The notes: generated from the letters alone by a model not told the origin. A stretch of DNA of 42,838 nucleotides from Octopus bimaculoides (GCF_001194135.2 NC_068989.1:87118854-87161691), one strand, 5' to 3'; shown: positions 1 to 12,771, counted from the first letter of the stretch. Translations and numbers: made by a program.

Positions 1-85
1 ATATACACACATACGTGCGTACGTACATACATACATACACACATACATACATATACATACATGCATACATACATACATACATACA

Positions 86-118
<33 letters not shown>

Positions 119-130
119 GCATATATAGAC
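1..130. repeat. (ATAC)n microsatellite
   Basis: Direct reading. Confidence 0.95.
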
Positions 131-880
131 GCACACATGTACACTGAAACAGAATCAATTGAACATGCACACACAATGCTAAAACTACGAATACTCACAC
201 ATTGCAGCCATACTCAGTCACACTGACAAAGAATAGACACAATAGGAAGCACACAAAGACAACATGTACATACACATATACACACATGCGTACATACATC
301 GAAACAAAAGAACTATCGCACAAATTCGTTTGCCATCCGCAATGGCACACAGCGTAACACATACTTATCCACACTCACAAAGCTAATCACACACACATAC
401 ACAAATACATACACCCTCACATATACACATACATCGAACGTGGAGATTGTCTCCCACGCACTCATTCACGTAATCAAACCGAAAAACAAACACTAATAAT
501 AACACACACAAACTTACACCCAATCTCCCCAAACCTCCACCATCCGCCGGTAATCATTCACGAACGTTTTACGACTGTCGTTAAAATTTTCTCTACTAGC
601 AATTTAATTCTTCCTACTCCGTCTCTCTCAGAGCTTTCTGCCTCCTTATACTGTCTCCCTCTTACTCTCTTTCTCTTTATGTCTCTCTCTCTCAATCTTC
701 TCTCATTTTGTCTCCTACTCTCTCCTGGTTTTCTGTCTCTCACTATTTCCTTCCTCCGACTACTCCTTGTCTTACACTTGCTTTTTTCCTCTCATAATTT
801 TTTCACTCTCTCTTTCTCAAAATTCTTCTCTCGCCTGTCAGCTTACCTTCTCATCCTTTTCTTCTTCACATTCTTCTTTA

Positions 881-936
<56 letters not shown>

Positions 937-1593
937 TGCATTCACTCCCTCGCGGTCTCCCAACTCAAATTGTGAACATATGTAACAAATGTTTGTGTAA
1001 CTTCAATGGCTGACAAGGTTAAACTGCCCTAGGAGTCACGTGATTTCTGAGTCATTTGGTGTTAGACTGCCGACGATTGACTTGCTGCCTTGCTGGCTGG
1101 TTGGTAGGTTAGTTTATTCGATAGCTTTCAGTGGCCCATTCATCGTGTTATTTAATAAATAAAGCGTCATTTGTATCCAGTTTTTGTAAGTTGTAGCACA
1201 TACACAGCAGGAATGAAGGTGCCGAAGTATGACCGAAGGATGAAGGTGTTCACTTCACAACCAGTGGTCCGAAGTTCGCTTCCATTCCATGCTATCTTGC
1301 GCAAGTGTAGTTTTATATATCTCTGTTCGGAGATATTATTTACGCGTCAAGTTTAGTAGGAAGGAAGCTGTATAGGAGCCAGTCTAGATGCAAAACTCTT
1401 GCCTTTTCACACTGTTGTAGCAGAGTCGGGTTAAGATTCATAGAGTCTCTAAGCATGTAAACGGTTTTGATGACCCTCTATGTATGGAATTCAAAATATA
1501 AACAATAATATACCATAAAATAAAATTTTAGTTTTCAAAATCAAAAATAAACTAACAATTAGATAGAAAATAATGTTTAATTTTGTATACATC

Positions 1594-2023
1594 TGTTGAG
1601 GCGAGAGACATTGACACCCCTGACTGCTACCGACCTCTACTCTCTATAAGAGTTCGGCTAGTCCATTCATCCAATCCGCCAGAGGTGTCAATGACTTTCG
1701 CCACAACATCTCCCCCTTTGAGATTGACTTACGCTGGAAGTTAATATTATTTGTTATTTCTTTTTCACACAGTATCGGCAGGGAATTTAAATTTTAGACT
1801 TTGAATTTTTACGCTGATACTGTGTGAAAAAGGCCGATATTGTGTAAAAAAGAAATAAAAATACAATTAACTTCCAACGAAAGTAAAATTCAAAGGGAGT
1901 GGGGGACATGCTATGGCGAGAGTCATTGACACACCTGACTACAACGTATCTCTATTCTTTATAAAATTTCGGCTAGTCTATTCTTCCAATCCGCCAGAAG
2001 TGTCAATGACTCTCGCCACCTTA
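1594..2023. mobile_element. Composite A-B-A non-autonomous element (TRIM-like, or two MITEs flanking a palindromic MITE)
   Basis: Direct repeats A1 1594-1708 and A2 1909-2023 (about 18 mismatches over about 111 nt by eye). Each has terminal inverted repeats: A1 25/29 nt (1594-1622 vs 1680-1708); A2 a perfect 19 nt (1914-1932 vs 2000-2018). Interior 1707-1910 is itself an inverted repeat. Flanks are ACATC (1589-1593) and ACGTC (2024-2028). Confidence 0.7.
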
Positions 2024-2570
2024 ACGTCCATTTTATTTATATTTCAAAAGATTCCTTCTACTTTTTTTTTTTTTGCAAAGTCTTTGATTAGATTCTGGCT
2101 AAATCACCATGAACACTTCGAAATTATACTTCGATCATGTAAAACATTTCGAATATTATTTTACCAATTTTTAAGTGATTTTCTTTTGTGCCATAAGCCA
2201 TTTACCCTTTCTGTGGTCCCCCCTCTTCCGTTGATGCCCTAAGCACTTGCTTAATTTGCTTAATGGTAAATCCAATGTTGAGTGACTTTCGTACAAATTA
2301 TGCCGGGTAATTATGTTAAGGGCACGTCTCTTCAGAATACTCGGCCACATTAATTCAATAAGCAACGTAATTTAGTTCAGCAAATAACTAAATCCTCCTT
2401 GTCAAACAGTTGAGATCAATTCGTGTATCCGTAATCGGAGTGATGATCGAATAGCGAGGAGCATTTGATTTCACTTAGGAAATAGTTGTCTGAGTGCACC
2501 TAAAAGGTCCTGTATTCTCACATACAGGGTGACACATATTCGACCTGGAAATCATGCAAAACGAAACATA

Positions 2571-2859
2571 GGCGCGTGCGGGTCTGTGTTGTAAGATGTT
2601 GGCTTCCTAGCGATATGGTTCCGGATTCAGTCTAACTGTGTGGCACCCGTGCGGAAAATATCAGCATGGGGCTGTCTGAAGCCTTGTGAGTGGATTCAGT
2701 AGACGGAAACTGAAAGAAACCCGTTGTATATATATATGTACATGTGTGTGTGTGTGTGTGTGTGTATGAGTCTGTGAGTGCGCATGTGTGTGTGAGAGAG
2801 AGAGAGAGAGTGTGCGTGTGTGTGAGTGTCTGTGTCTGTGAGTGCGTGTGTGTGAGAGA

Positions 2860-2896
<37 letters not shown>

Positions 2897-2947
2897 CATG
2901 CGTCTGTGTTTGTGCCCCACCACTGCTTGAAAATTGGAGTTGGTGTG
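2571..2947 (+). mobile_element. tRNA-derived SINE family A, diverged, 3'-truncated, with expanded internal (TG)n/(GA)n
   Basis: Aligns with copies at 7427, 39978 and 42708 (GCCTTGTGAGTGGATT..GTAGACGGAAACTGAAAGAA); degenerate Pol III A/B boxes in the head. Confidence 0.85.
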
Positions 2948-3072
2948 ATAAATAGATAGATAAACAGAGACAAGGAGACGAGCCAAAGAGAAAAGGGAGC
3001 GGAGAATGCAAGTGGTAATATTGTTTTCAAATTTCGGAACTAAGCTAGCAATTTCTTGGTAAGTGTCCAGAG

Positions 3073-3200
3073 GAACTTATTTTATTGATAGTTGAAAAGC
3101 AGAGTCGACATCCGTGGATATCGAACTCAGAACATAAAAACGGATGAAATACTGCTAAGAATTACATTCGGTGTGCTAACGATTCGGCCAGGACGCCGCC
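3073..3200 (-). mobile_element. SINE family B, 5' half
   Basis: Reverse complement reads GGCGGCGTCCTGGCCGAATCGTTAGCACACC...GAGTTCGATATCC...GTCGAC, matching the other B copies. Confidence 0.8.
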
Positions 3201-3944
3201 ATATTGCAAATGATAATATTCTTATCCATTGTATAACAGAAACGTATCTATGTGTCCCCAAGGATATTGATTTTCTGATATCAATAAACATCTATCTATC
3301 TATATGTANNNNNNNNNNNNNNNNNNNNNNNNNNNNNNNNNNNNNNNNNNNNNNNNNNNNNNNNNNNNNNNNNNNNNNNNNNNNNNNNNNNNNNNNNNNN
3401 NNNNNNNNNNNNNNNNNNNNNNNNNNNNNNNNNNNNNNNNNNNNNNNNNNNNNNNNNNNNNNNNNNNNNNNNNNNNNNNNNNNNNNNNNNNNNNNNNNNN
3501 NNNNNNNNNNNNNNNNNNNNNNNNNNNNNNNNNNNNNNNNNNNNNNNNNNNNNNNNNNNNNNNNNNNNNNNNNNNNNNNNNNNNNNNNNNNNNNNNNNNN
3601 NNNNNNNNNNNNNNNNNNNNNNNNNNNNNNNNNNNNNNNNNNNNNNNNNNNNNNNNNNNNNNNNNNNNNNNNNNNNNNNNNNNNNNNNNNNNNNNNNNNN
3701 NNNNNNNNNNNNNNNNNNNNNNNNNNNNNNNNNNNNNNNNNNNNNNNNNNNNNNNNNNNNNNNNNNNNNNNNNNNNNNNNNNNNNNNNNNNNNNNNNNNN
3801 NNNNNNNNNNNNNNNNNNNNNNNNNNNNNNNNNNNNNNNNNNNNNNNNNNNNNNNNNNNNNNNNNNNNNNNNNNNNNNNNNNNNNNNNNNNNNNNNNNNN
3901 NNNNNNNNNNNNNNNNNNNNNNNNNNNNNNNTATATACATATAT

Positions 3945-3987
<43 letters not shown>

Positions 3988-4030
3988 CACATATATATAT
4001 ATATATATATATGTGTGTATGTATGTATTT

Positions 4031-4065
<35 letters not shown>

Positions 4066-4769
4066 CATATATATACACACACACACATCCTCGCACGTAC
4101 TCAAACTGATGTATATAGCCTGTTTGTGTTTTTATTCACTTTCTGCCCATAAGCCGCACATAGGTACTCGCATACATAAACACACGTATATGCTTACAAT
4201 CATACATACAGACACAGATGCATTGCTCACACATACAGGCATACAAACCAGCAATGCAGTCAGATCGCACGCGCGCAGGCAGATAGATCTCTCTTTGGTA
4301 AATGTTACTTCATGCTGGGCTAAAAGAATCAAGGAATAGCATGGGGAGGAAATGGTCCGAAGAATTCTGATCGATGCCCATTGACCAGAATTCCGATAGC
4401 ATTAACTCTAAATCTAAGGAATTTCAGTGGAAACAATTACTGAGAATTTCTTCAACAAAGCAAACCACTACCATATTGAGAAAAAGATGTGGAATTGGTG
4501 GGAATTGAGAGGACATTGGTAAGTTAGGTCAACATGGGACTAAAATAATGCTGAAATTGGCGTCGTTATTGTTGTTGCTGTTGCTAATGGTATTGGTGGT
4601 GGTGGTGGTGGTGGTGGTAGTGGTGGTAGTTTTGATGTTATTATAGATGGCACTGATGATGTTCATGGCCGTATGCGTGGTTAGGGTTGCAGAAGTTAGT
4701 GTTAGTTGAAAGTAATTAAATGGAAGTTATGTGTAGGATAACAGAATAGGAGAGTTGGGGAAAGGAAAT

Positions 4770-5047
4770 GATTATGTATGTATGTATGTATGTATGCATG
4801 TATGTATGTATGTATGTATATATGTATGCATGTATGTATGTATGTATGGGTGCTTGTAAGGGTATATGTATGTATATATGTATGTATGTGTGTATGTATG
4901 TATGTGTGTATGTATGTATGTATTTACGCATGTATGCCTTTTAGGGTGTAGGCTGTATGTATGTATTTGATGGTGTATGTATATATGTATGTGTGTAAGA
5001 GTGTATGTATATATGTATGTATGTAAGGGTGTATGTATATATGTATT

Positions 5048-5078
<31 letters not shown>

Positions 5079-5183
5079 GTATGTTTGTATGAATGTATGT
5101 ATGTATGTGTGTATGTATGTGTGTGTATGTAAGTATGTATGTATGTATGTATGCATGAGCGTATGCTTCTAAGGGTCTATGCA

Positions 5184-5247
<64 letters not shown>

Positions 5248-5365
5248 TGCATGCATGTATATATGCATGTGTGTATGTATGTACATATGTATGCATGCAT
5301 GCTTGTAATGGTGCACCTACGTGTTTATGTAGGTATGCTTGTAAGGGTGTATGTATGTATGTATA
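4770..5365. repeat. Compound (ATGT)n/(TA)n array
   Basis: Direct reading. Confidence 0.95.
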
Positions 5366-5783
5366 AATGGTTATCCGTGCGACGCAAGAACACTTCCTAA
5401 CATACACACACAGGATTGCGTACACGCTCTTTGACCAAGTCACACTTGATTCCCTTCCTATCCTTGTCTCAAACCACTTTCTTCCTTCCGGTCAATTCAA
5501 CAAACGCAATCTTTAATCCACATAAGTTTCCCTTTTCTCTCTCCCTTTTATCTTTTTTCTATGTCCATCTCTTTTCCTTCCTCGTTTCTTTATGCAGAAG
5601 GGCTTAAGCTCCAAACGTCAAAGACACATTTATTTTTCTATACCGTCAAATTAATACAACTGGTTTGTTGTTACTTCACCAGTCTCTGTTTTTCGGATTT
5701 TGTACAATCTTCATCTCCAAATCTATATCGACTGCCCCACTATATATCTGTCTACCTGTCTGTCTGTCTTTCTCTCTCCATCG

Positions 5784-5849
<66 letters not shown>

Positions 5850-6873
5850 NNNNNNNNNNNNNNNNNNNNNNNNNNNNNNNNNNNNNNNNNNNNNNNNNNN
5901 NNNNNNNNNNNNNNNNNNNNNNNNNNNNNNNNNNNNNNNNNNNNNNNNNNNNNNNNNNNNNNNNNNNNNNNNNNNNNNNNNNNNNNNNNNNNNNNNNNNN
6001 NNNNNNNNNNNNNNNNNNNNNNNNNNNNNNNNNNNNNNNNNNNNNNNNNNNNNNNNNNNNNNNNNNNNNNNNNNNNNNNNNNNNNNNNNNNNNNNNNNNN
6101 NNNNNNNNNNNNNNNNNNNNNNNNNNNNNNNNNNNNNNNNNNNNNNNNNNNNNNNNNNNNNNNNNNNNNNNNNNNNNNNNNNNNNNNNNNNNNNNNNNNN
6201 NNNNNNNNNNNNNNNNNNNNNNNNNNNNNNNNNNNNNNNNNNNNNNNNNNNNNNNNNNNNNNNNNNNNNNNNNNNNNNNNNNNNNNNNNNNNNNNNNNNN
6301 NNNNNNNNNNNNNNNNNNNNNNNNNNNNNNNNNNNNNNNNNNNNNNNNNNNNNNNNNNNNNNNNNNNNNNNNNNNNNNNNNNNNNNNNNNNNNNNNNNNN
6401 NNNNNNNNNNNNNNNNNNNNNNNNNNNNNNNNNNNNNNNNNNNNNNNNNNNNNNNNNNNNNNNNNNNNNNNNNNNNNNNNNNNNNNNNNNNNNNNNNNNN
6501 NNNNNNNNNNNNNNNNNNNNNNNNNNNNNNNNNNNNNNNNNNNNNNNNNNNNNNNNNNNNNNNNNNNNNNNNNNNNNNNNNNNNNNNNNNNNNNNNNNNN
6601 NNNNNNNNNNNNNNNNNNNNNNNNNNNNNNNNNNNNNNNNNNNNNNNNNNNNNNNNNNNNNNNNNNNNNNNNNNNNNNNNNNNNNNNNNNNNNNNNNNNN
6701 NNNNNNNNNNNNNNNNNNNNNNNNNNNNNNNNNNNNNNNNNNNNNNNNNNNNNNNNNNNNNNNNNNNNNNNNNNNNNNNNNNNNNNNNNNNNNNNNNNNN
6801 NNNNNNNNNNNNNNNNNNNNNNNNNNNNNNNNNNNNNNNTATATACATGCATGTCTCTACATATACGCGTTAG

Positions 6874-7240
6874 TGTGGAGGCGCAATGGTTCAGTTGTTA
6901 GGGCAGCATACTCGCGGTCGTAGGATCGCTGTTTCGATTCCCAGACCGGGCGTTGTGGGTGTTTATTGAGCGAAAACACCTAAAGCTCCACGAGGCTCCG
7001 GCAGGGGATGGTGGTGAACCCTGCTGTACTCTTTCACCACAGCCTTCTTTCGCTCTTTCTTCTTGTACCTGTATTTGAATGGGGCCAGCCCTGTCACAAT
7101 CTGTGTCTCGCTGAATCTCCCCGAGAACTACGTTAAGTGTACACGTGTCTGTGGAGTGCTCAGCCACTTGCACGTTAATTTCACGAGCAGGCAGTTACGT
7201 TGATCGGATAAACTAGAACCCTCTTCGTCGTACCCAATGA
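6874..7240 (+). mobile_element. tRNA-derived SINE family C, near full length
   Basis: tRNA-like head GGCGCAATGGTTCAGTTGTTAGGGCAGC...GTTTCGATTCCCAG (A and B boxes); the tail shares an exact 27-mer (7159-7185) with the minus-strand SINE at 9554-9580. Confidence 0.85.
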
Positions 7241-7426
7241 ACGAATGTGTGTACGTGTGTGTACGTGTGTGTGCCCGAGTATCTGTCTTCTTGTATTCCC
7301 TAATTACTAGATTGACATCATTCATCAGTAATATTTAACGTACAACTTGTAGCAGAAAATATCATTTTATTGATATTAACATATTTGAAACATTATTAAT
7401 TTCAATCACGATTTTTTCTATTCATG

Positions 7427-7785
7427 CCACATGGTTTCCGCGTTCATTCCCACTGCGTGGCACCTTGGGAAAGTGTCCTCTACTACAGCCTCGGGCCGAC
7501 CAAATCCTTGTGAGTGGATTTCGGAGACGGAAACTGAGAGAAGACTGTCGTATATATGAATATATATATATATGTATGTGTGTGTATATTTTTGTGTGTC
7601 TGTGTTTGTCCCCCCCCCACAACATCGCTTGACAACCGATGGTGGTGTTTACGTCCTCGTAACTTAGTGGTTCGTCAAAAGATACCGATAAAATAAGTAT
7701 TAGGCTTACAAAGAATAAGTCCGGGGTCAATTTGTTCGACTAAAGGCGGTACTCCAGCATGAAACAAGTAAAAGAGTAAAAGAGT
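7427..7785 (+). mobile_element. SINE family A, near full length
   Basis: Colinear with 39978-40327; internal (TA)n(TG)n; ends GAAACAAGTAAAAGAGTAAAAGAG. Confidence 0.9.
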
Positions 7786-7794
7786 ATATATGTA

Positions 7795-7865
<71 letters not shown>

Positions 7866-8931
7866 ATACAGAAAGAAAGAGAGAGAGAAGCAGTGAGATT
7901 GAGAATAACGTAAATAGATAGACAGATAAATTGATGAATGCGTCAATTTTCATACATATACATACAGCACCATATTCTATTAATAGTTTAACAGTCCAGA
8001 ACTGTATATATTTTTTTAAATCTCGTTTTCGATTGTATTTAATTTATATTTAATTGTGTTTTTGATTGTTTTGCATGAAAATAATTATCTGAGAAAAATT
8101 GTTCTTTGAGCTTGCATAAACGTGATTAATTTATAATGTTCTGTTTGGCTGCTTGATAAGGGCTGGAAGGAATTTGTCAAGATAAAGCGCTAATCGCATA
8201 AATGCATTATTTATTAACAGAAGATTAAAGAATAAGGGCAAAATGAAATGGAAATAAAAATTTAGAATGGTAATTGAAGAAAAAAGAAACAAAAATCTGG
8301 GGTGAAACATGTAGGAAATGTTGGGATTTGTAGCTAGCTTGAATGATGGTTTTGGAAACTGGTCTTTTTTTCTCGGTGGTGGTTTGGATCTCAATGTGAA
8401 ACGTAAGAAGTCTGGATTTCTACCACGAGCACTTAACATTACGTATAATATACTCAAATTATTCATAAAGATATCTATTTGTTCACTGGATCGAAATGAT
8501 TTAGCAATTGAGCCTAAATCGTTTGAAACAAGCCTGAAACCGTACCAAGTGCCAGTGTTTAATTACCATCAGAACCAAAAGCTTCGAAGCCACCAGAAGA
8601 GAAAAGCTTGACAAAATCAACTTCGTCCTCAACCAACATTGCCATTCAGTCAATGCCATCGACTGTTCTATGCAAGAATTGGTCTATAGAGTCATCAACC
8701 GCATCACCGTAAACGAATAAGGGAAGCAAAGAAGAAAATAAATACTCGAATATGAGATAAAATCGCCGCCGACGACTCGGATGTATTGATATAATTTTGA
8801 AAAGAACACAACTATGGGTTTTTAAGTCTCGTTAGTTTTGCATAGTTTTGAACTCATCCAAAAACATGCTGAATTTTCTGTTACATAAAGCTTAAGTATA
8901 AGTAACAAACAGTTAATAAATTGACACTTCT

Positions 8932-9480
8932 AGGTTGCGAGTTAGCAGAATCGTTAGTACGGTGGACGAAATGCATAGCGTAATTTCGTCTGTCTTCACG
9001 CTCTGAGTTCAAATTCCGCCAAGGTCGATTTTGCCCTTCATCCTTTTGGGGTCAATAAATTAAGTACCAGTTGCGCACTGGAGTCGATCTAATCGACTGT
9101 CCACCTACCCAAAAATTTCGGGCCTTGTACCTAGAGTAGAAAAGAATAGGTAAAATACTGAAAGCGGTGAGCTGGGAGAAACGTTAGCACGCCGGCGGAA
9201 TGCGTAGTGGTATTTCGTCTATCTTTACGTTCTGAGTTCAAATTCCGCCAGGGTCAACTTTTCCCTTCATCTTTTTTGAGGTCGATAAATTAAGTACCAG
9301 TTGCATACTTGGTCGAACTAATCAATTGGCCCTCTTCTCCAAAAGAATTGTTAGCACACCGGGCAAAACGGTCAGTGGCATTTCGTCGGTCTTTACGTTG
9401 CCTTTCATATTTTCCAGATCGATAAAACACCAGTTTAACACTGGAGTGAAATTGCCTGTCTCGTGTTAAAATTTGAAACC
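8932..9480 (+). mobile_element. Head-to-tail cluster of three SINE-B copies (8932-9147, 9161-9348, 9349-9480)
   Basis: Repeated GTTAG(C/T)AC...ATTTCGTC and GTCGATAAATTAAGTACCAGTTG blocks; B box GAGTTCAAATTCC in the first two copies; the third is internally deleted. Confidence 0.9.
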
Positions 9481-9490
9481 AGTAAAATAA

Positions 9491-9800
9491 GTGGCAATCT
9501 GTCAGTTACGACGATAAGCGCTCCAGCCAATCCGATCAACCAAACAGCCTGTGCGTGAAATTAACGTGCAAGTGGCTGAGAAATTCAGAGACGTTCGCGC
9601 CCTTAACGCAGTTGTCATTGAGTGTCACAGTGACACAGAATGTGACAGGTGTGGTTCTTTTGAATGACAAATACAACTTATTTTTGCCAGTTGAGTAGGC
9701 CGGAGCAGCGTGAAATAAATTGTCTTGTTGAAGGACTCAACACGCGGCAGGACATCGAACTCACGATTTTTAACCGAATACCTAACCCCCTAATCCATGG
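9491..9800 (-). mobile_element. tRNA-derived SINE family D (CORE-like central domain) with family-C-type tail
   Basis: Reverse complement: tRNA-like head with GAGTTCGATGTCC, then CAAGACAATTTATTTCACGCTGCTCCGGCCTACTCAACTG (shared with 13278 and 37837), then a tail homologous to 7100-7240. The CORE label is from recalled similarity. Confidence 0.75.
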
Positions 9801-10869
9801 GTCTTCAATCATGGTTAATAAAATATATGTGAACTTTCGGCTAGACAGCGAAATGAACGGCTTTTGAAAATAAAATTTCCAATTGCTTTTGTGACGTAAA
9901 ATTCTTCGTGTAATACTTCTCTGTTCCTTGATTAAGCTTCCATTTATGTTTATATAAAGCAAGCTTTTTTAAAAATAAGTATATACTGCAGGACTGGCAG
10001 TAGATTTATATCCATGAAAAAAGGAATATTTTAACTGTTTTGTCTCTACAAATTTCCTGCTGGGTTACAAGCATTTATTACCAATTACATTTATTTTATA
10101 TTTGCAGTAATGTACGCTGCTATATTCTGTATGTAGCTATAAAAATTGCCGTTAAATTTTGTTTTTTACGAGAATCACCAAATTGTCCAATATTATAGAA
10201 TTTTTATTAAAAAATCAAAGAGAATCAAATATGCCATTTGTCCTACACTATGTATTGATATTTTTATGTGTTTATCTATAATTGTACATCTGTGTATGAG
10301 AAATTTCTTTCTCAAAATCCAGACAACGAGTTTGACATTCATCGACAGTTGGTGAAGACCTTTGTTGAAGTCTTTCAATTTAATCAACTTGATTTGCTGC
10401 AAGATATCATCCAGAAGATTTAATCGAACTAGAAACGATTTTTGAGTAACATTCAGGCGAAAATCGAATTTTTATATTAACTACATATTCCTCTTCTCCC
10501 TCAGGGAATTTATGACACCATAAGTCATTTTTTAAAACATGTCATTGTCGAACTGACACTCAAATATTATGTTTTAAACATTTACAATTAACAAGAGTAA
10601 CAGTGGAAAGGCATTACTGGTATTGTGCTGCATTTCTTAGCAGTATTAGTTCAAATCGAGCCGTGTTTGATTTTAAATTTCATTCCTCTGGGTCGATAAA
10701 ATACTCAGCCGAGAAGACATCTTTCTTTGAAGTTAAATTTGTCGCTTATTATTAGCATCGGTGGATATGGTATAGTAGAAAGAAACAGGAGAACTCTCGT
10801 GTGTTTATCATCGATTATATAAAAATGGTTACGATTTGGTTAATATTTAGTTAATAGCTGGGGAAACTA

Positions 10870-11082
10870 AGGCGGCGAATACTTACCAGCATTTCGTCCC
10901 TCTTTACTTTCTGAGTTCAAATTCCGCTGAGGTCGACTTTGCCTTTCATCCTTTCCGGGTCGATAAATTAAATACCAGTTGCATACTAGGGTCGATCTAA
11001 TCGACTGTCTCCCCCCGCCCAATTTCGGGCCTTGTGCCTAGACTAGAAAAGAATAGGTGAAATATTGAAGGTGGCGAGCTGG
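10870..11082 (+). mobile_element. SINE-B with deleted head, followed by a linker and the start of a second B head
   Basis: GAGTTCAAATTCCGCTGAGGTCGACTTTGCCTTTCATCC...GGGCCTTGTGCCTAGACTAGAAAAGAAT, then AGGTGAAATATTG-AAGGTGGCGAGCTGG. Confidence 0.9.
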
Positions 11083-11094
11083 ACCCTGGACCAA

Positions 11095-11333
11095 TTGACA
11101 ACCGGTGTTGGTGTGTCTACGTCCCCGCAACTTAGCGAGTCAGCAAGAGGCACAAGCGTGGGCGTGTCCTACCGTCCCACTGCATGACACCTTGGGCAAG
11201 GGTCCTCTACTATAGCCTCGGGCCGAGCAAAGCCTTGTCAGNNNNNNNNNNNNNNNNNNNNNNNNNNNNNNNNNNNNNNNNNNNNNNNNNNNNNNNNNNN
11301 NNNNNNNNNNNNNNNNNNNNNNNNNNNNNNNNN

Positions 11334-11395
<62 letters not shown>

Positions 11396-11636
11396 GGTGT
11401 ATGTATGTATGTATGCATTTATTTGTGTGTCTGTGTCTGTCACCCACCATCGCATGACAACCGATGCTGGTGTGTTTACGTACTCGTAACTTAGCGGTTC
11501 AGCGAAAGAGACCAAGAGACCGATAGAATAAATACAGGGCTTACTGAGAATAAGTCCTGGGGTCGATTTGTTCGACTACAGGCGGAGCTCCAGCATGGCA
11601 GCAGTCAAATGACTGAAACAAGTAAAAGATAAAGAT
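11095..11636 (+). mobile_element. SINE-A 3' fragment (11095-11149) joined to a SINE-A copy spanning a gap
   Basis: TTGACAACCGGTGTTGGTGTGT.TACGTCCCCG.AACTTAGCG, then GTCCCACTGCATGACACCTTGGGCAAG...; ends GACTGAAACAAGTAAAAGAT. Confidence 0.85.
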
Positions 11637-12716
11637 GAAAGATCTCTGAGTAGCTTATGACTACTTCATTGGCTTATATTGATTCGATAGCGACCAGACT
11701 GTAGCATCCCTTTTATGGGAGTCAATTTAGTCGATTATAGGGACCCTCAATAACATAGCGTCTATACCCACCCTTAAAATTATTTTTATATTTTCCTGCC
11801 AAAATTAAGAAATCAATATGTATAATTACTATCAACTTGATTACAAGATTCACCAATTATATTTAAATTCTGATCCGACACGCAAAATGATAAATAAATA
11901 AATAAAATAAATCACGAAAGACTGGCAGAAAAATGAATAAAAAATGTAAATTATGTATAAAAAAACTAGTTCCATTAAGGGATGTTATATAATTATTACA
12001 GAACTACGCTTGGCAAATATAAAGACAGGCTCCTGTGGAGTAATGTGATCTGTACGAAGTTGGAGGGGGTTTTAGAGTACTAATTCACCTGTTTCAAACG
12101 AAATGCTAATATCTCCGTGATGAGACAATTCGTAGGTGATTAAATGCATAAGTTTCGCAGTCAATGTACGCCATATAAATGGTAACGGTGGCTGCCATTT
12201 TATGCTTCGATTTTATTACGTATATATTGTGTCTGCGCGTAAACAAATCTTCTCTCTACCGTGGGAAGAAAAAGGAGGAGGAGAAGAAGAAGAAGAAGAA
12301 AGAATTGATCATAAAAAAGTTTACTATATTTTCCTTCGATCCAAACGTCAGTACGCTCCGTCTATANNNNNNNNNNNNNNNNNNNNNNNNNNNNNNNNNN
12401 NNNNNNNNNNNNNNNNNNNNNNNNNNNNNNNNNNNNNNNNNNNNNNNNNNNNNNNNNNNNNNNNNNNNNNNNNNNNNNNNNNNNNNNNNNNNNNNNNNNN
12501 NNNNNNNNNNNNNNNNNNNNNNNNNNNNNNNNNNNNNNNNNNNNNNNNNNNNNNNNNNNNNNNNNNNNNNNNNNNNNNNNNNNNNNNNNNNNNNNNNNNN
12601 NNNNNNNNNNNNNNNNNNNNNNNNNNNNNNNNNNNNNNNNNNNNNNNNNNNNNNNNNNNNNNNNNNNNNNNNNNNNNNNTATATATGTATGTATATATAT
12701 ATATATATATATGTGT

Positions 12717-12771
<55 letters not shown>

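Noticed and set aside
4362-4393. 32-nt hairpin bounded by two GAATTC sites
   Set aside because: Too short and isolated; compatible with chance.
8318-8611. 97-aa ORF MLGFVASLND..
   Set aside because: No recognisable homology or gene context; length expected by chance.
10190-10475. Open frames on both strands (+ YEKFLSQNPDNEFDIHRQLVKTFVEVFQF.., - RLNLLDDILQQIKLIKLKDF..)
   Set aside because: No recognisable motif or splice sites; blastx would be needed to call a transposase remnant.
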